Shown: positions 30,021 through 41,483, numbered from the stretch's first letter. The stretch is 64,000 bases of DNA from Limnothrix sp. BL-A-16 (GCA_041937175.2 CP166615.1:2336001-2400000), one strand, 5' to 3'. The notes: generated by a model not told the origin, from the letters alone. Program-made: numbers and translations.

Positions 30021-32237
30021 ATGCATGATATCGCGCAAAACCCTGCTATCCACACACTCCTCAGCAAGATGCCAGGGGTTGCTTATCAGCTTTTGATGGA
30101 TCGTGATGGCCGATTGTCATTTCTGTTCATCAGCGAAAGCTGCTATCGCTTGTTTGGTCTTTCGGCAGAGGCAATCATGGCCGATAGTCACTGCCTGTTG
30201 TCGCGCATTCATAGCCGCGATCGCCGGGCTTTTCATCGATCGCTCCAAGCAGCCGCCCGCAATCGATCGTCCTGGTTTTGGCAAGGGCGATTTGATGGAC
30301 ACCAACATCAAGAATGTTGGGTGTATGCCACCTCAGAACCGGAATTATTGGAAGATGGTTCGATTTTGTGGCATGGCACTTTGATGGAGGTGAATTCCTT
30401 CAAGCAGGCGGAATCTCGGCTCAAGCGATCGCGGAAAACCGTCCACAAAGATCGAATGCGCTATCGCTACGCCCTGGATAGCACCAGCGAAGCGGTGGCC
30501 TTGGTTGATGCAGAGGGACAGCCGATTTATCACAACGGAGCGTTTGCCCGGTTGTTCCAGGTTGATGAGTTGTCGGTACTGGTGGCGGCGGGGGGCATAG
30601 CGAGTCTTTACACCCAGCCCCAAACTTGGCAAGCGATCTATGACTTGGTGCGATCGGATCGCTCTTGGGTGGGTGAGGTGACTATGAAAAGCACCCGTGG
30701 AAAAATGCTGACGATTTTTCTGCGAGTCAGCCCCATCCATGACGCAGATGGTTCCTATATGGGTTGCGTCAGTTTGTTTTCGGATGTGACCCTGAAGCGG
30801 CAGGCAGATCAGGAGCGCCGTCAACTGGCTGCTTTGGTGGAAAATAGTCCGAATCTAATCGGCATCACCAGCCTGGATGGCGAAGTTTTATATCTGAACG
30901 GGGCGGGCTTGGCCCTGGTGGGGTTGCCTAATTTATTGGCGGCCCAACATCACCAGCTCATGGACTTTTTCGCGGTGGAAGATCGCCCGATCGCGGCGGG
31001 ACTCATCCACCCGATCGCCCTCAGGGACGGCACCTGGAGCGGGGCTTTTCGGCTGTGGAATTTGCAAGCCCAAAGTTATATTCCCGTTGATTACACCATT
31101 TTTGTGATCCGCCATCCCCAAACGAACGATCCCCTTTGCTTGGGGGTGATTGCCCGGGACGCGAGCGATCGAGAAGCGGTGGAAGTGGCCTTGCGGGAAT
31201 CGGAAATGCGGTTGCGGCAACAGGCCAAAGACCTAGAAGAAACCATTAGCGAATTGCGTCACACCCAGGCTCAACTGATTCAACAGGAGAAGATGTCGAG
31301 TTTGGGCCAGTTGGTGGCGGGGGTGGCCCATGAGATCAATAACCCCGTGAACTTTATCTATGGCAATTTGGATCATGCCAAACGATATGCCATTGATTTG
31401 CTCAATTTGATTTTGCTTTGTCGAGAATATTTTGATTTTGAGGCGATTCCAGCGATCGCGGAGCATCTAGAAGACATTGATTTTGAATATCTCAGTCAGG
31501 ATCTACCTAAGTTATTTACTTCCATGAAAATGGGAGCCGATCGCATTAAAGCCATTATTAAATCCTTGCGCACCTTCTCGCGAATGGATGAATCAGAACT
31601 GAAGGAAGTGAATTTGCATGATGACTTAGAAAGCACCCTTACTATTTTGAATCATCGATTGCGGGGCAGTGATCAACACCCCTCCACGCAGGTGATTCGC
31701 AATTATGGGCATCTGAGTTTGGTGGAATGCCATCCGGGCCAACTCAATCAGGTGTTTATTAATATTCTGGCCAATTCGTTGGATGCACTGGAAGATCGCT
31801 ATCAGGTTGAGGGGAAGAATTTTCAGCCGCAAATTGTGATTTCCACTCGCCCCATTTTGGATAACCATTGGGTGCAAATTTCCATTTCGGACAATGGAGC
31901 AGGGATTCCAGAATCCATCCGAGCGCAGTTGTTTGACCCATTTTTCACCACAAAAGCAGTCGGCCGGGGAACAGGGCTGGGATTATCCATTAGCTATCAG
32001 GTGGTGACGGAGCGACATCATGGCCGCCTGCTGTGCGAGTCCCAGGAGGGATTGGGCAGCACTTTCACGATCGAGATTCCCACCCGCCAATCAAGCTACC
32101 CCAGCCGGGGCACGGAACGGCGCTCCGCTTCGATCGCCCATCGATCGCCCCAAAACGGCTCCGCAGCCTCCTCCGCCCCGCCGATTGTTGCTTCGCCTTC
32201 GGTGCTCAGCACCCGCCCGGAGTCCTCGCCGGATTGA
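30021..32237 (+). CDS. Multi-PAS cytoplasmic sensor histidine kinase
   Basis: Three PAS-like domains; EKMSSLGQLVAGVAHEINNP, LNQVFINILAN, DNGAGI, FDPFFTTK, GTGLGL. Confidence 0.95.
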   Translation: MHDIAQNPAIHTLLSKMPGVAYQLLMDRDGRLSFLFISESCYRLFGLSAEAIMADSHCLLSRIHSRDRRAFHRSLQAAARNRSSWFWQGRFDGHQHQECWVYATSEPELLEDGSILWHGTLMEVNSFKQAESRLKRSRKTVHKDRMRYRYALDSTSEAVALVDAEGQPIYHNGAFARLFQVDELSVLVAAGGIASLYTQPQTWQAIYDLVRSDRSWVGEVTMKSTRGKMLTIFLRVSPIHDADGSYMGCVSLFSDVTLKRQADQERRQLAALVENSPNLIGITSLDGEVLYLNGAGLALVGLPNLLAAQHHQLMDFFAVEDRPIAAGLIHPIALRDGTWSGAFRLWNLQAQSYIPVDYTIFVIRHPQTNDPLCLGVIARDASDREAVEVALRESEMRLRQQAKDLEETISELRHTQAQLIQQEKMSSLGQLVAGVAHEINNPVNFIYGNLDHAKRYAIDLLNLILLCREYFDFEAIPAIAEHLEDIDFEYLSQDLPKLFTSMKMGADRIKAIIKSLRTFSRMDESELKEVNLHDDLESTLTILNHRLRGSDQHPSTQVIRNYGHLSLVECHPGQLNQVFINILANSLDALEDRYQVEGKNFQPQIVISTRPILDNHWVQISISDNGAGIPESIRAQLFDPFFTTKAVGRGTGLGLSISYQVVTERHHGRLLCESQEGLGSTFTIEIPTRQSSYPSRGTERRSASIAHRSPQNGSAASSAPPIVASPSVLSTRPESSPD

Positions 32238-32325
32238 GTTCTGGGCTGGGTGCTGATGGGGTGAGGGTTGATCCAGAGGCCGGGTTAGGCCAGACATCCA
32301 GGGGTTAGATAACGGCAATCAGAAT

Positions 32326-33579
32326 CTAGTGGGATTCTGAAGGGCTAAGGGCATAGACATCCGGAGATCGCCCCAAAGCGAACCGGATCGATCGACCCAC
32401 GGACTTGCTCGACAGGGTGATAAACATCATCAACGCCACCAAAGCCAACCCAGAGGCGATTGCAAACAACACCCGATAGCCCAAGGCATCGGACAAGGCC
32501 CCCAAACCGGGCCCAGCGATCGCAATTCCCAGATCAAACCCCAGCAAGACCAGGGAAAAACTGCGGCCGCGCTCGTGGGCAGGAACCCGATCGGACACCA
32601 GGGCCACAATCGAGGGAATCAGCAACCCAGCCCCCAGCCCTTCGAGCAAGGCGGCCACGATGAATCCCGCCACGGATTCCGCTTGGGCCAACAGGCCCAT
32701 GGCCACCACATAACAGACCAAGCTGAGGGTGATGAACGCACCGCGGCCCAGGCGATCGGACTGTTTGCCCGCTAAAAATCGAGCACCGAAGCTGGCCACA
32801 GCGGCGGCGGTATAGAACAGGCCGGGAATCAGGGCCACGCGGCTCTCCACAATCAAGAGCGGCACAAAGGTGCTGAGCGTGCCAAACACCAGCCCGATCG
32901 TCAGCATCACCAGGGCTGGAGTCCGCAGGGCGGGGGTGGCTAACTTGGCCCAAAAACGCTCCGGATTGCCCGATGCGCTGGCGGCAGGATCCTCCGCCGG
33001 AGGAGCTGTTTCTTGAATAAAGCTCATCCCGATCGTGGCGGCCGTTCCAAAGCTGGCGGCCACAATGAAGGTGGGCCAAAAACCATAGGCCGTTTGCAGG
33101 TAGCTGCCCAGGGCCGGACCGATCGCCACGCCCACCGGCTGGGTCAGGGTCATGTAGCCAATTAGCTCCCCCTTTCGCTCTGGAGGAGACAAATCCACCA
33201 CCAAGGCGCTGTAACCGGTGGTGAAGGCGGCAATGCTCAGGCCATGGAAAATGCGCACCAACATCAGTAGGGGCACGGAGGTGACCAGGCCATAGCCGAT
33301 CGGGGCGATCGCCGCCACTACGGTTCCCAGCAGCAACACCCGCCGCCGACCTTGGAGATCCGCCAACTGGCCCAACTGCGGGCGCGACAACAACAGCCCG
33401 ATCGCGAAGGCTCCCATCACAAGCCCCACTTGGCTATCGTTGCCGCCCGTTTGGCGCACATATAAGGACAGCACCGGCAGTTGCGAAGCCATGCTGCACC
33501 AAAACAGGAAGGCCGCCCCCGCTAAAAACAACAAATTCCGCCGACTGTGGGCCGGCAGCGATCGAAACAGCGACAACAC
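32326..33579 (-). CDS. MFS transporter
   Basis: About 12 TM segments; motif A GQLADLQGRR and GKQSDRLGRG. Confidence 0.93.
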   Translation of the reverse strand: MLSLFRSLPAHSRRNLLFLAGAAFLFWCSMASQLPVLSLYVRQTGGNDSQVGLVMGAFAIGLLLSRPQLGQLADLQGRRRVLLLGTVVAAIAPIGYGLVTSVPLLMLVRIFHGLSIAAFTTGYSALVVDLSPPERKGELIGYMTLTQPVGVAIGPALGSYLQTAYGFWPTFIVAASFGTAATIGMSFIQETAPPAEDPAASASGNPERFWAKLATPALRTPALVMLTIGLVFGTLSTFVPLLIVESRVALIPGLFYTAAAVASFGARFLAGKQSDRLGRGAFITLSLVCYVVAMGLLAQAESVAGFIVAALLEGLGAGLLIPSIVALVSDRVPAHERGRSFSLVLLGFDLGIAIAGPGLGALSDALGYRVLFAIASGLALVALMMFITLSSKSVGRSIRFALGRSPDVYALSPSESH

Positions 33580-33871
33580 GGCAGCTTCAGGTGCTTACAC
33601 GCTGGCGATAGAGTTGATCATTGTAGCGAATGTGACAAAAATGTAATGAAGCGCCGCTCGGCCCCAAGCCGCGATCGCCCCATGGCAACGTCTTTTCACG
33701 TCAACGTCTTTTCAGAGCTTCCCTGCAAACTGATCGGCCTGTGAATCCGGTGTCGCTCAACCACCGCCAAGCCATTACTCAAGCCATTACTGCGGATTAG
33801 CTGCGGATTAGCTGCTGCTGATCAACTTGATCAACCTGATCAAGTTGATTAACCGTTGACTAGCCCACCAA

Positions 33872-34867
33872 CTAGCCCACTTCCTCCCGAATTCGATAAA
33901 TCGGTCGGCCCTGGGATTCGTGGTAGGTGCGCATGGTCAGCTCCGACAACAGACCAAAGCAGAAGAATTGAAAGCCCGCCAGCAACAACACAGTGGCAAT
34001 GGTCAACAGGGGGCGATCGCCAATGGCCTGGGCCAAAAAGACTTTGATCGCAATCAAATAGATGAACAGGACTCCCCCGATCGCAATTAGCCCCAACCCC
34101 AGGGGGCCAAACACATGCATCGGCCGGGTCAGAAATTTTTTCATGAACCAAATGGTCAGCAGATCCATCACCACCCGGATCGTGCGGCCCAGGCCATACT
34201 TACTTTGGCCAAACTGGCGAGCATGGTGGCGCACGGGAATTTCCGTGATTCTGGCCCCTTCCATGAAGGCCAAAGCGGGCAAAAATCGGTGTAATTCGCC
34301 GTAAAGGTTCATATCAGCCAGCAATTCGGCGCGGTAAACCTTGAGGGAGCAACCATAGTCCCGCACGCGCACACCCGTGACACGACGAATGATGGCGTTG
34401 GCAATCCGCGAGGGCAGCAGTCGGGTCACGGCCGCATCTTGGCGCTTCACCCGCCAACCGGTTACCAGGTCGTAGCCCTCGTTGAGCTTTTCCAGGAGGG
34501 CCGGGATGTCTTGGGGGTCGTTTTGCAAGTCCGCATCCAGGGTCACGATCGTGTGGCCCCGGGAGCGATCGAACCCGGCGGCCATGGCGGCGGTTTGACC
34601 ATAATTGCGCCGCAAAATCACCGATCGCAGGTTGGAGCGCTCGATCGCCGCCTGCTTCAACCAATCGCCGGAGCCATCCCGCGACCCATCATCCACGCAA
34701 ACAATCTCGTAGCGATCGCCCGTCGGTTCCATCGCCGCCGTAATGGCATCCAGCAGATGAGGCAGGCTTTCAATTTCATTGTGGATGGGCACAACGATCG
34801 AGATATCGGGGCGATCATCCAAGGGCAACTCAGACCCAGGAATCGATCGAGCCGGAGAAGAGATCAT
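33872..34867 (-). CDS. Glycosyltransferase family 2 (ArnC/polyprenol-phosphate sugar transferase-like; start uncertain)
   Basis: SIVVPIHNE, VDDGSRD, RNYGQTAAM, DADLQND, two C-terminal TMs. Confidence 0.92.
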   Translation of the reverse strand: MISSPARSIPGSELPLDDRPDISIVVPIHNEIESLPHLLDAITAAMEPTGDRYEIVCVDDGSRDGSGDWLKQAAIERSNLRSVILRRNYGQTAAMAAGFDRSRGHTIVTLDADLQNDPQDIPALLEKLNEGYDLVTGWRVKRQDAAVTRLLPSRIANAIIRRVTGVRVRDYGCSLKVYRAELLADMNLYGELHRFLPALAFMEGARITEIPVRHHARQFGQSKYGLGRTIRVVMDLLTIWFMKKFLTRPMHVFGPLGLGLIAIGGVLFIYLIAIKVFLAQAIGDRPLLTIATVLLLAGFQFFCFGLLSELTMRTYHESQGRPIYRIREEVG

Positions 34868-34965
34868 GGGGGCATCCTTAGGGAATCGGCCTTGCGCCTC
34901 GGCGGACGCTTGCAAAAGAATATCGCGATCGCACCCCCCGTGATACCCTAGTCAAGCTCTCTAAA

Positions 34966-35090
34966 ACGCACATCCAGCGTTTCGGGTGTTTTGCCAGTTG
35001 CCAAAGAGCCGAAGCCAAGGTCGCAAACCCTGAGCTAGTCAGCCTTTCGACTTCTGCAAAATCGCTCGCTGGATGGAGGATAAACCCGAA
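34966..35090 (+). ncRNA. rpsB leader (S2-binding/t44-type cis-regulatory RNA)
   Basis: CATCCAGCG...CGCTGGATG closing stem, GGGTG near the 5' side and GGAGG-ATAAACCC at the 3' side, directly upstream of rpsB; extended -10 TGATACCCT just before. Confidence 0.7.
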
Positions 35091-35111
35091 TATCAGGAGA
35101 AATGGCCAACC

Positions 35112-35879
35112 ATGGCAGTCGTATCCCTTACCCAAATGCTCGATGCCGGTGTTCACTTTGGACACCAGGCTAGCCGCTGGAACCCCAAGATGTCGCCCTA
35201 CATCTTTGCGGCTCGCAACGGCGTGCATATTATTGACCTGGTGCAAACCGCCCAGTGCATGGAATATGCCTATCAATTTCTGCGCGAAGCCTCCGAGCAA
35301 GGCAAGCGCGTGCTGTTTGTGGGCACCAAGCGCCAAGCCGCTGGCATCGTGGCCCAAGAAGCGGCCCGCTGCGGCAGCTTCTATGTGAACCAGCGTTGGT
35401 TGGGCGGGATGCTCACCAACTGGACCACGATCAAGAGCCGGGCCGATCGGCTGAAGGAACTGGAGCGCCGCGAAGAAACCGGCGGTCTTGACCTGTTGCC
35501 CAAGAAGGAAGCTTCGGTGCTGCGCCGCGAAATGGCCAAGCTGCAAAAGTACCTAAACGGCATCAAGCACATGCGCAAGTTGCCTGACATCGTGGTCATG
35601 GTAGACCAACGCCGGGAATACAACGCGGTGCAAGAATGCGTGAAGCTGGGAATCCCGATCGTGGCGCTGCTGGACACCAACTGCGATCCCGATACGGTGG
35701 ATGTGCCCATTCCCGCCAACGACGACGCAATTCGATCGATCAAGCTGATCATCGGCAAGCTGGCCGATGCGATCTATGAAGGTCGCCATGGTCAGTTGGA
35801 TAGCGAAGACGAAGCCTTCGACGAAGAATACGACTACGACGCAGAAGAGTACGAAGAAGAAGAAAGCACCGAAGCCTAA
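35112..35879 (+). CDS. rpsB: 30S ribosomal protein S2
   Basis: [57 protein letters not shown]. Confidence 0.99.
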   Translation: MAVVSLTQMLDAGVHFGHQASRWNPKMSPYIFAARNGVHIIDLVQTAQCMEYAYQFLREASEQGKRVLFVGTKRQAAGIVAQEAARCGSFYVNQRWLGGMLTNWTTIKSRADRLKELERREETGGLDLLPKKEASVLRREMAKLQKYLNGIKHMRKLPDIVVMVDQRREYNAVQECVKLGIPIVALLDTNCDPDTVDVPIPANDDAIRSIKLIIGKLADAIYEGRHGQLDSEDEAFDEEYDYDAEEYEEEESTEA

Positions 35880-36196
35880 GGTCTGTCGCCAAATCGCCTG
35901 AAACCCTGATTCCACCGTTGGCGGATCGCGGGGTCAAGGGGCTTAAATCCCTTGTCTAGGGTAGGCGGATCGCGGGGTCAAGGGGCTTAAATCCCTTGTC
36001 TAGGGTAGACGGATCGCGGGGGCAAGGGGCTTAAATCCCTTGTCTAGGGTAGACGGATCGCAGGGGCAAGGGGCTTAAATCCCTTGTCTAGGGTAGACGG
36101 ATCGCAGGGGCAAGGGGCTTAAGCCCCTTGTCTAGGGTGGTTAAAGTATGGAAGATCAGCCGTTTTCACTGGATCCCAGAAAATGATGACAGTCCC
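35879..36196. mobile_element. Family A MITE with internal 44-bp unit expanded x5 (35921-36140)
   Basis: TIR AGGTCTGTCGCC...GATGACAGTCCC, TA on both flanks; five head-to-tail palindrome-containing units. Confidence 0.88.
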
Positions 36197-36573
36197 TAAG
36201 GTCTGTCCTCAGGATCTGTCCTCGGATTCGCAAAACTTCTGATTCTTCCATTGCAAGACTCTGGGAAGTTCGGCGTTTAAGCCCCTTGTTCAGCCACTGT
36301 TTGGATCGATCGGCTGGGTCGAAATGATCACCCCCGGTCGATCGAGCAGAATCCAACAGTCCCAAACCTTGGCTCAATTGATCTCCTAAACTTCGTCGCT
36401 TCCTCGGTCAATTCGTCTCGGTTCGTCTCCGTTCATTGATTTCATATCGATCGGGCGAGCCGGGTTAGGGCAAGCTTAACCCCGCCCTGACTCGCCAGGT
36501 TTTACAATCAACGGCAAATAACTGCTGCACAGTTCACGACAACGCTTGCAAACGCTTAGGTAACGAGGGCCCC

Positions 36574-37233
36574 ATGGCAGAGATTTCGGCAAAGCTGGTT
36601 AAAGACCTGCGCGAACGTACCGGCGCGGGCATGATGGACTGCAAAAAAGCCCTGGCAGAAAACAACGGCGACATCGAAAAGGCCACCGAATGGCTGCGCC
36701 AAAAGGGCATCGCCTCCGCTGGCAAGAAAGCGGGCCGCGTTGCCGCTGAAGGGCTGGTTGATGCATACATCCACACCGGCGGTCGGATTGGCGTGTTGGT
36801 GGAAGTGAACTGCGAAACGGACTTCGTGGCCAAGCGCGATGAATTCCGGGAGCTGGTGCGCAACATTGCCATGCAAATTGCCGCTTGCCCCAACGTGGAA
36901 TTTATCTCCACCGATGAAATTTCGCCTGATGTGGTAGTCCGCGAAAAGGCGATCGAAATGGGTCGCGAAGACCTGGCCGGCAAGCCCGAGCAACTGAAAG
37001 AAAAGATTGTTGATGGTCGGATTAAGAAGCGTTTGGAAGAGCTGTGCTTGCTGCCTCAGCCCTTCATCCGCGACCAAAGCAAGACCGTGGAAGAACTGAT
37101 CAAGGAATCGATCGCTAAAATTGGCGAAAACATTCAAGTGCGTCGCTTCCAACGCTTTGTGTTGGGTGAAGGCATCGAGAAGCAAGCAATCAACTTCGCT
37201 GAGGAAGTGGCTGCCCAAACCGGCAACAAATAG
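36574..37233 (+). CDS. tsf: Translation elongation factor Ts (short cyanobacterial form)
   Basis: [43 protein letters not shown]. Confidence 0.99.
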   Translation: MAEISAKLVKDLRERTGAGMMDCKKALAENNGDIEKATEWLRQKGIASAGKKAGRVAAEGLVDAYIHTGGRIGVLVEVNCETDFVAKRDEFRELVRNIAMQIAACPNVEFISTDEISPDVVVREKAIEMGREDLAGKPEQLKEKIVDGRIKKRLEELCLLPQPFIRDQSKTVEELIKESIAKIGENIQVRRFQRFVLGEGIEKQAINFAEEVAAQTGNK

Positions 37234-37543
37234 GACGGCTGGGGCTGGATGGCCCCCATCCGATTTGTGGGGAAAGCGGTTTTGTCCGGCTTGTCGCCCC
37301 AACGGCTGAATTAAACCCGAAGGCATGGCCCGATCGATCGCGCAACCGTCCGAACGATCTGTGGCTGTGCCTTTGGTGCTGTTGGGGCGATCGGTTTTGT
37401 TGGGTCTTGTTTGGAATATTGGATTTGTTTGAGCTTGTGCAAATTGCGGCAAATTGCAGCAGATTGAGTTTATGTAGCCTGGATTTGCGCGTTGGAATTT
37501 GCACGGATTTGAACTGGTGCAGAGAGAAGAGGCAAAATCACCC

Positions 37544-38680
37544 GTGACCGACCCGATTCATCGACTGGAGCAAGAATTGGCGGAGCTGCGCGATCGGTCC
37601 CGATCGCTGGCGGAGTCCTTATACGAGGCAGATTTGAGCTATCTGCGCACCTTGGGGGCCGCTGCCGGTCAGCAGTTGATTTTGGCCAGCTACCGGATCT
37701 GTACCCATAAGTATCCTGAGCAGTTTTTGGCCCTGCCCTTCATGGAGCGCCAAAACCTGCAGCAGGCCCTGCGACAGTTGGCCCGCGACCTGGCTGAACA
37801 GTTGGCACAAAACCTGGCCTTACCCATTCCCAAGCCCGAACGGAAACAGCGGATTGTGAAGGTGGAGGCGATCGAGCGGCCAAAATCCAGCGGTCGCCGC
37901 TCGGCCAACGGGGCAGACAACGAAGACAACGAGGGCCCCAGCACCGCTGAAATGGCGGCGGCCCTGGCGGCGGCTTTTAACTCGTTGGTCAATATTGAGT
38001 CGATCGAGCTAGAGGGGGATGATGCGGACGACGCTGAAGATTCTGAAGATTCTGACGACGAAACGAGCGATCGCCTCCGAAACGCGAACCCATCCTCAGA
38101 GCGCGATGACGACGATCTAGCAGCCGACGCAGAAGAAGAAGCCGACTCAGAACCGGAGTCAGATCCCGAACCCCGGCCCCCAGCGATCGACCTGGATGCT
38201 GGGATGCCCGAAGTGCTGGCAACGCTGGCAAACCATCCCAGCCGCGTGCTGCAATGGCATCGATCGCGCGAAAAGCTCACCAACAAAACGCTTCGGGCCC
38301 AATCCCATCAGGCCAACGAGCTATTGCGCTCAGTCGGCATTTTGCCCCGCAAACTCCCGTCCGCCATGCTGGACATTGCGGCCAAAGGAGACTTCGACGA
38401 CTTCACCGGCAACTCGCCTAATCTGATTGAGCTGATCATGCAAGGCGAAGGCGATGATGATTCCGACAACAACAACGACGGAGCCACCCGCCTGGTGGCC
38501 GTGCATTTGCGTCTCTCGGAAATTCACTTTAGCAACCCCGACCTGAAACCCCAGCGGGCCGCGATCCAACAGGTGCTGGAGCAGCTTGACCAACTCCGCA
38601 CCCGCTACGAAAAGGTGCAGCATCGCCAGGCAATCGCCTCCGCCGAATCCGCCTGGCGTAGTGCTTGGTTTGAAGACTAG
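37544..38680 (+). CDS. Conserved cyanobacterial hypothetical coiled-coil protein with acidic linker
   Basis: QQLILASYRICTHKYPEQFL...RQ.LQQ and LRLSEIHF...AE.AWRSAW motifs; follows tsf. Confidence 0.8.
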   Translation: MTDPIHRLEQELAELRDRSRSLAESLYEADLSYLRTLGAAAGQQLILASYRICTHKYPEQFLALPFMERQNLQQALRQLARDLAEQLAQNLALPIPKPERKQRIVKVEAIERPKSSGRRSANGADNEDNEGPSTAEMAAALAAAFNSLVNIESIELEGDDADDAEDSEDSDDETSDRLRNANPSSERDDDDLAADAEEEADSEPESDPEPRPPAIDLDAGMPEVLATLANHPSRVLQWHRSREKLTNKTLRAQSHQANELLRSVGILPRKLPSAMLDIAAKGDFDDFTGNSPNLIELIMQGEGDDDSDNNNDGATRLVAVHLRLSEIHFSNPDLKPQRAAIQQVLEQLDQLRTRYEKVQHRQAIASAESAWRSAWFED

Positions 38681-38852
38681 GAAAGACTCGAGGTCGTCAG
38701 CCAGCTAAAGATTTGCCTCAGGGATCAGCGCCCACCAAACCGATCGCACCTCGATCGCGCCCGATTCCTTGAAAATCCATCACCACACACCCAACGCCTC
38801 ATCCCAGGTGCTAGGTTATTGGGGATTTCAAACCCCCTAGCGCAACGTTGCC

Positions 38853-39791
38853 ATGAGAATCCTCGTCACCGGAGGCGCGGGCTTCATCGGTTCGCACTTG
38901 ATCGATCGGCTAATGAACGCCGGTCATGAGGTCATTTGCCTCGACAATTTCTACACCGGCCACAAGCGCAACATCGTTCACTGGCTGGGCCACCCGAACT
39001 TTGAACTCGTCCGCCACGATATTACCGAAGCTATTCGGCTGGAAGTGGATCAGGTTTATCACCTGGCCTGTCCTGCCTCTCCGGTGCACTACCAATACAA
39101 TCCCGTCAAAACCGTTAAAACCAACGCGATCGGAACCATGAACATGCTGGGCTTGGCCAAACGGGTCAAAGCTCGGTTCCTGCTGGCCTCCACCTCCGAA
39201 GTCTACGGCGACCCAGAAGTTCATCCCCAAAGCGAAGACTATCGGGGCAACGTCAACCCGATCGGGATCCGGAGTTGCTACGACGAAGGCAAACGAATTG
39301 CCGAAACTCTCACCTTTGACTATCACCGCCAAAACGGCGTAGACATCCGCGTGGTGCGTATTTTCAACACCTACGGCACTCGGATGCTGGAAAACGATGG
39401 GCGCGTGGTCAGCAACTTCGTCGTGCAAGCCCTGCGCGGCCAGCCCCTGACCATCTATGGAGACGGCTCCCAAACCCGCAGTTTCTGTTACGTGTCGGAC
39501 TTGGTGGATGGGTTAATTCGGATGATGAACAACCCCGACCACACTGGCCCCGTTAACCTCGGCAACCCTGGGGAATACACGATTTTGGAGCTAGCCAAAG
39601 CCGTCCAGGCCCAGGTGGGTTCCGGCGTGGAAATTGACTATAAACCCCTGCCCCAGGACGACCCGCGCCGCCGCCGTCCCGACATTACCCGCGCCAAGCT
39701 GTGGCTGGGTTGGGAGCCAACCGTACCCCTAGAAGAAGGACTGCAAAAGACGATCGAGGACTTCCGCCAACGGATTGTTGCTGAAGCCTAA
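38853..39791 (+). CDS. UDP-glucuronate decarboxylase (UDP-xylose synthase-like SDR)
   Basis: [44 protein letters not shown]. Confidence 0.95.
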   Translation: MRILVTGGAGFIGSHLIDRLMNAGHEVICLDNFYTGHKRNIVHWLGHPNFELVRHDITEAIRLEVDQVYHLACPASPVHYQYNPVKTVKTNAIGTMNMLGLAKRVKARFLLASTSEVYGDPEVHPQSEDYRGNVNPIGIRSCYDEGKRIAETLTFDYHRQNGVDIRVVRIFNTYGTRMLENDGRVVSNFVVQALRGQPLTIYGDGSQTRSFCYVSDLVDGLIRMMNNPDHTGPVNLGNPGEYTILELAKAVQAQVGSGVEIDYKPLPQDDPRRRRPDITRAKLWLGWEPTVPLEEGLQKTIEDFRQRIVAEA

Positions 39792-39932
39792 GGCATGTCG
39801 TCAAATCACCTGAAACCCCGATTCCACTGTTGGCGGATCGTGGGGGCAAGGGGCTTAAGCCCCTTGTCTGGGGTGGTTAGAGTATGGAAGATCAACCGTT
39901 TTCACTGGATCCCAGGAAATGACGACGGGCCC
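39791..39932. mobile_element. MITE-like family A copy (142 bp)
   Basis: TIR AGGCATGTCGTC...GACGACGGGCCC, TA flanks, perfect core palindrome; sits at the stop codon of the upstream gene. Confidence 0.88.
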
Positions 39933-40118
39933 TAATGGGGAAGTTGGAACAGTCAGCATCCAGAAACCATCCAAGATTTCGGTCGCAATCAGCCGGACTG
40001 ATGCCAGGCTCTAGGGAATACGGATCTCAGTTTGTCTGCACCATTTGGCCCCAATGGGGCTGAATGGTTGCCGAATGACCCAACTTGTAAGGACTCCACT
40101 TGTACAGAAGGTGAATTT

Positions 40119-41474
40119 ATGCGGGTTTGCGTAATTGGAACAGGCTACGTGGGCTTGGTAACCGGAGTTTGCTTGGCGCGCACGGGCCACCACGTCACCT
40201 GCGTGGACAACAACGAGGAAAAGGTCAAGCTGATGAAGTCGGGGCAATCCCCAATTTATGAGCCGGGCCTGTCGGAACTGATGCAGGCGGCCATGACGGA
40301 GGGGACGATCGAGTTCACTAGCGACCTGGCTTCCGGGGTTGATCAAAGCGACATCCTCTTCATTGCCGTGGGCACGCCGCCGCTACCCACGGGGGAAAGT
40401 GACACGCGCTATGTGGAAGCGGTGGCCCGAGGCATTGGCACCAGCCTGAAGAGTGGCAGCAACTATAAGGTAATTGTGAATAAGTCCACGGTGCCGATCG
40501 GCTCGGGGGACTGGGTGCGCACCATCGTGCTCGATTCCTTTAAGGAACATTCGCCGGGCCAACCGGAGCCGGCCTTTGCGGTGGTCAGCAATCCGGAATT
40601 TTTGCGGGAAGGCTCGGCCATTTACGACACCTTCAACCCTGATCGAATCGTGCTGGGCAGCAATGATCCCAAGGCGCTGGGGATGATGAGCGAGTTGTAT
40701 GACCCGATCGTCCGGCGCGACTTCGCAGAAAACCAAGCCCTGCCCCCGGTGCCGATCGTCACGACGGATTTGGCCTCGGCGGAAATGGTGAAATACGCGG
40801 CCAACGCGTTCTTAGCCACCAAGATTAGCTTCATTAACGAAGTGGCCAATATCTGCGATCGGGTGGGGGCCGATGTGACCCAAGTGGCTAAGGGCATTGG
40901 CTTGGATTCGCGGATTGGGCCCAAGTTCCTGAATGCGGGCATTGGCTGGGGCGGTTCCTGTTTCCCGAAGGATGTGTCTGCCCTGGTGCATACGGCCAGT
41001 GACTATGGTTACGATGCGGAACTGCTGAAGGCGGCCGTGAATGTGAACCAGCGGCAACGGGCGATCGCGATCGAGAAGTTGCAACAGACCCTCAAGATCC
41101 TGAAGGGCAAAACGATCGGCCTGCTGGGTCTCACCTTCAAGCCCGACACGGACGACATGCGCGATGCCCCGTCCCTGATTTTGATTGAACAACTCACTCG
41201 CTTAGGCGCAAAGGTAAAGGCCTACGACCCGATCGTTTCCCAAACGGGGATGCGCCACGGCCTTTCAAATGTCTATGTGGAGACCGATCCCGAACTGCTG
41301 GCGGATGGCTGCGATGCGCTGGTAATTGTCACGGAATGGGAACAATTCCGCACCCTGGACTACGCCAAGATGGCCAAAGCCATGCACAATCCCACGGTGG
41401 TTGATGGTCGAAACTTCCTCGATCGGGCGGCTTTGGAGGCCGCAGGCTTCCACTACGTGGGCATTGGTCGATAA
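40119..41474 (+). CDS. ugd: UDP-glucose 6-dehydrogenase
   Basis: IGTGYVGL, NKSTVP, SNPEFLREG, KYAANAFLATKISF, GGSCFPKD. Confidence 0.96.
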   Translation: MRVCVIGTGYVGLVTGVCLARTGHHVTCVDNNEEKVKLMKSGQSPIYEPGLSELMQAAMTEGTIEFTSDLASGVDQSDILFIAVGTPPLPTGESDTRYVEAVARGIGTSLKSGSNYKVIVNKSTVPIGSGDWVRTIVLDSFKEHSPGQPEPAFAVVSNPEFLREGSAIYDTFNPDRIVLGSNDPKALGMMSELYDPIVRRDFAENQALPPVPIVTTDLASAEMVKYAANAFLATKISFINEVANICDRVGADVTQVAKGIGLDSRIGPKFLNAGIGWGGSCFPKDVSALVHTASDYGYDAELLKAAVNVNQRQRAIAIEKLQQTLKILKGKTIGLLGLTFKPDTDDMRDAPSLILIEQLTRLGAKVKAYDPIVSQTGMRHGLSNVYVETDPELLADGCDALVIVTEWEQFRTLDYAKMAKAMHNPTVVDGRNFLDRAALEAAGFHYVGIGR

Positions 41475-41483
41475 AGATCACCT

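Noticed and set aside
33622..33637. NtcA-like site TGTAGCGAATGTGACA upstream of the MFS gene
   Set aside because: Mismatch to GTA-N8-TAC and no properly spaced downstream -10; too weak to call.
35921..36140. Palindromic repeats at regular spacing resembling a CRISPR array
   Set aside because: Units are head-to-tail with near-identical intervening sequence, have no unique spacers, lie inside MITE TIRs, and no cas genes are present.
36574..37233. EF-Ts shorter than the E. coli protein
   Set aside because: The short form is normal in cyanobacteria; not a truncation.
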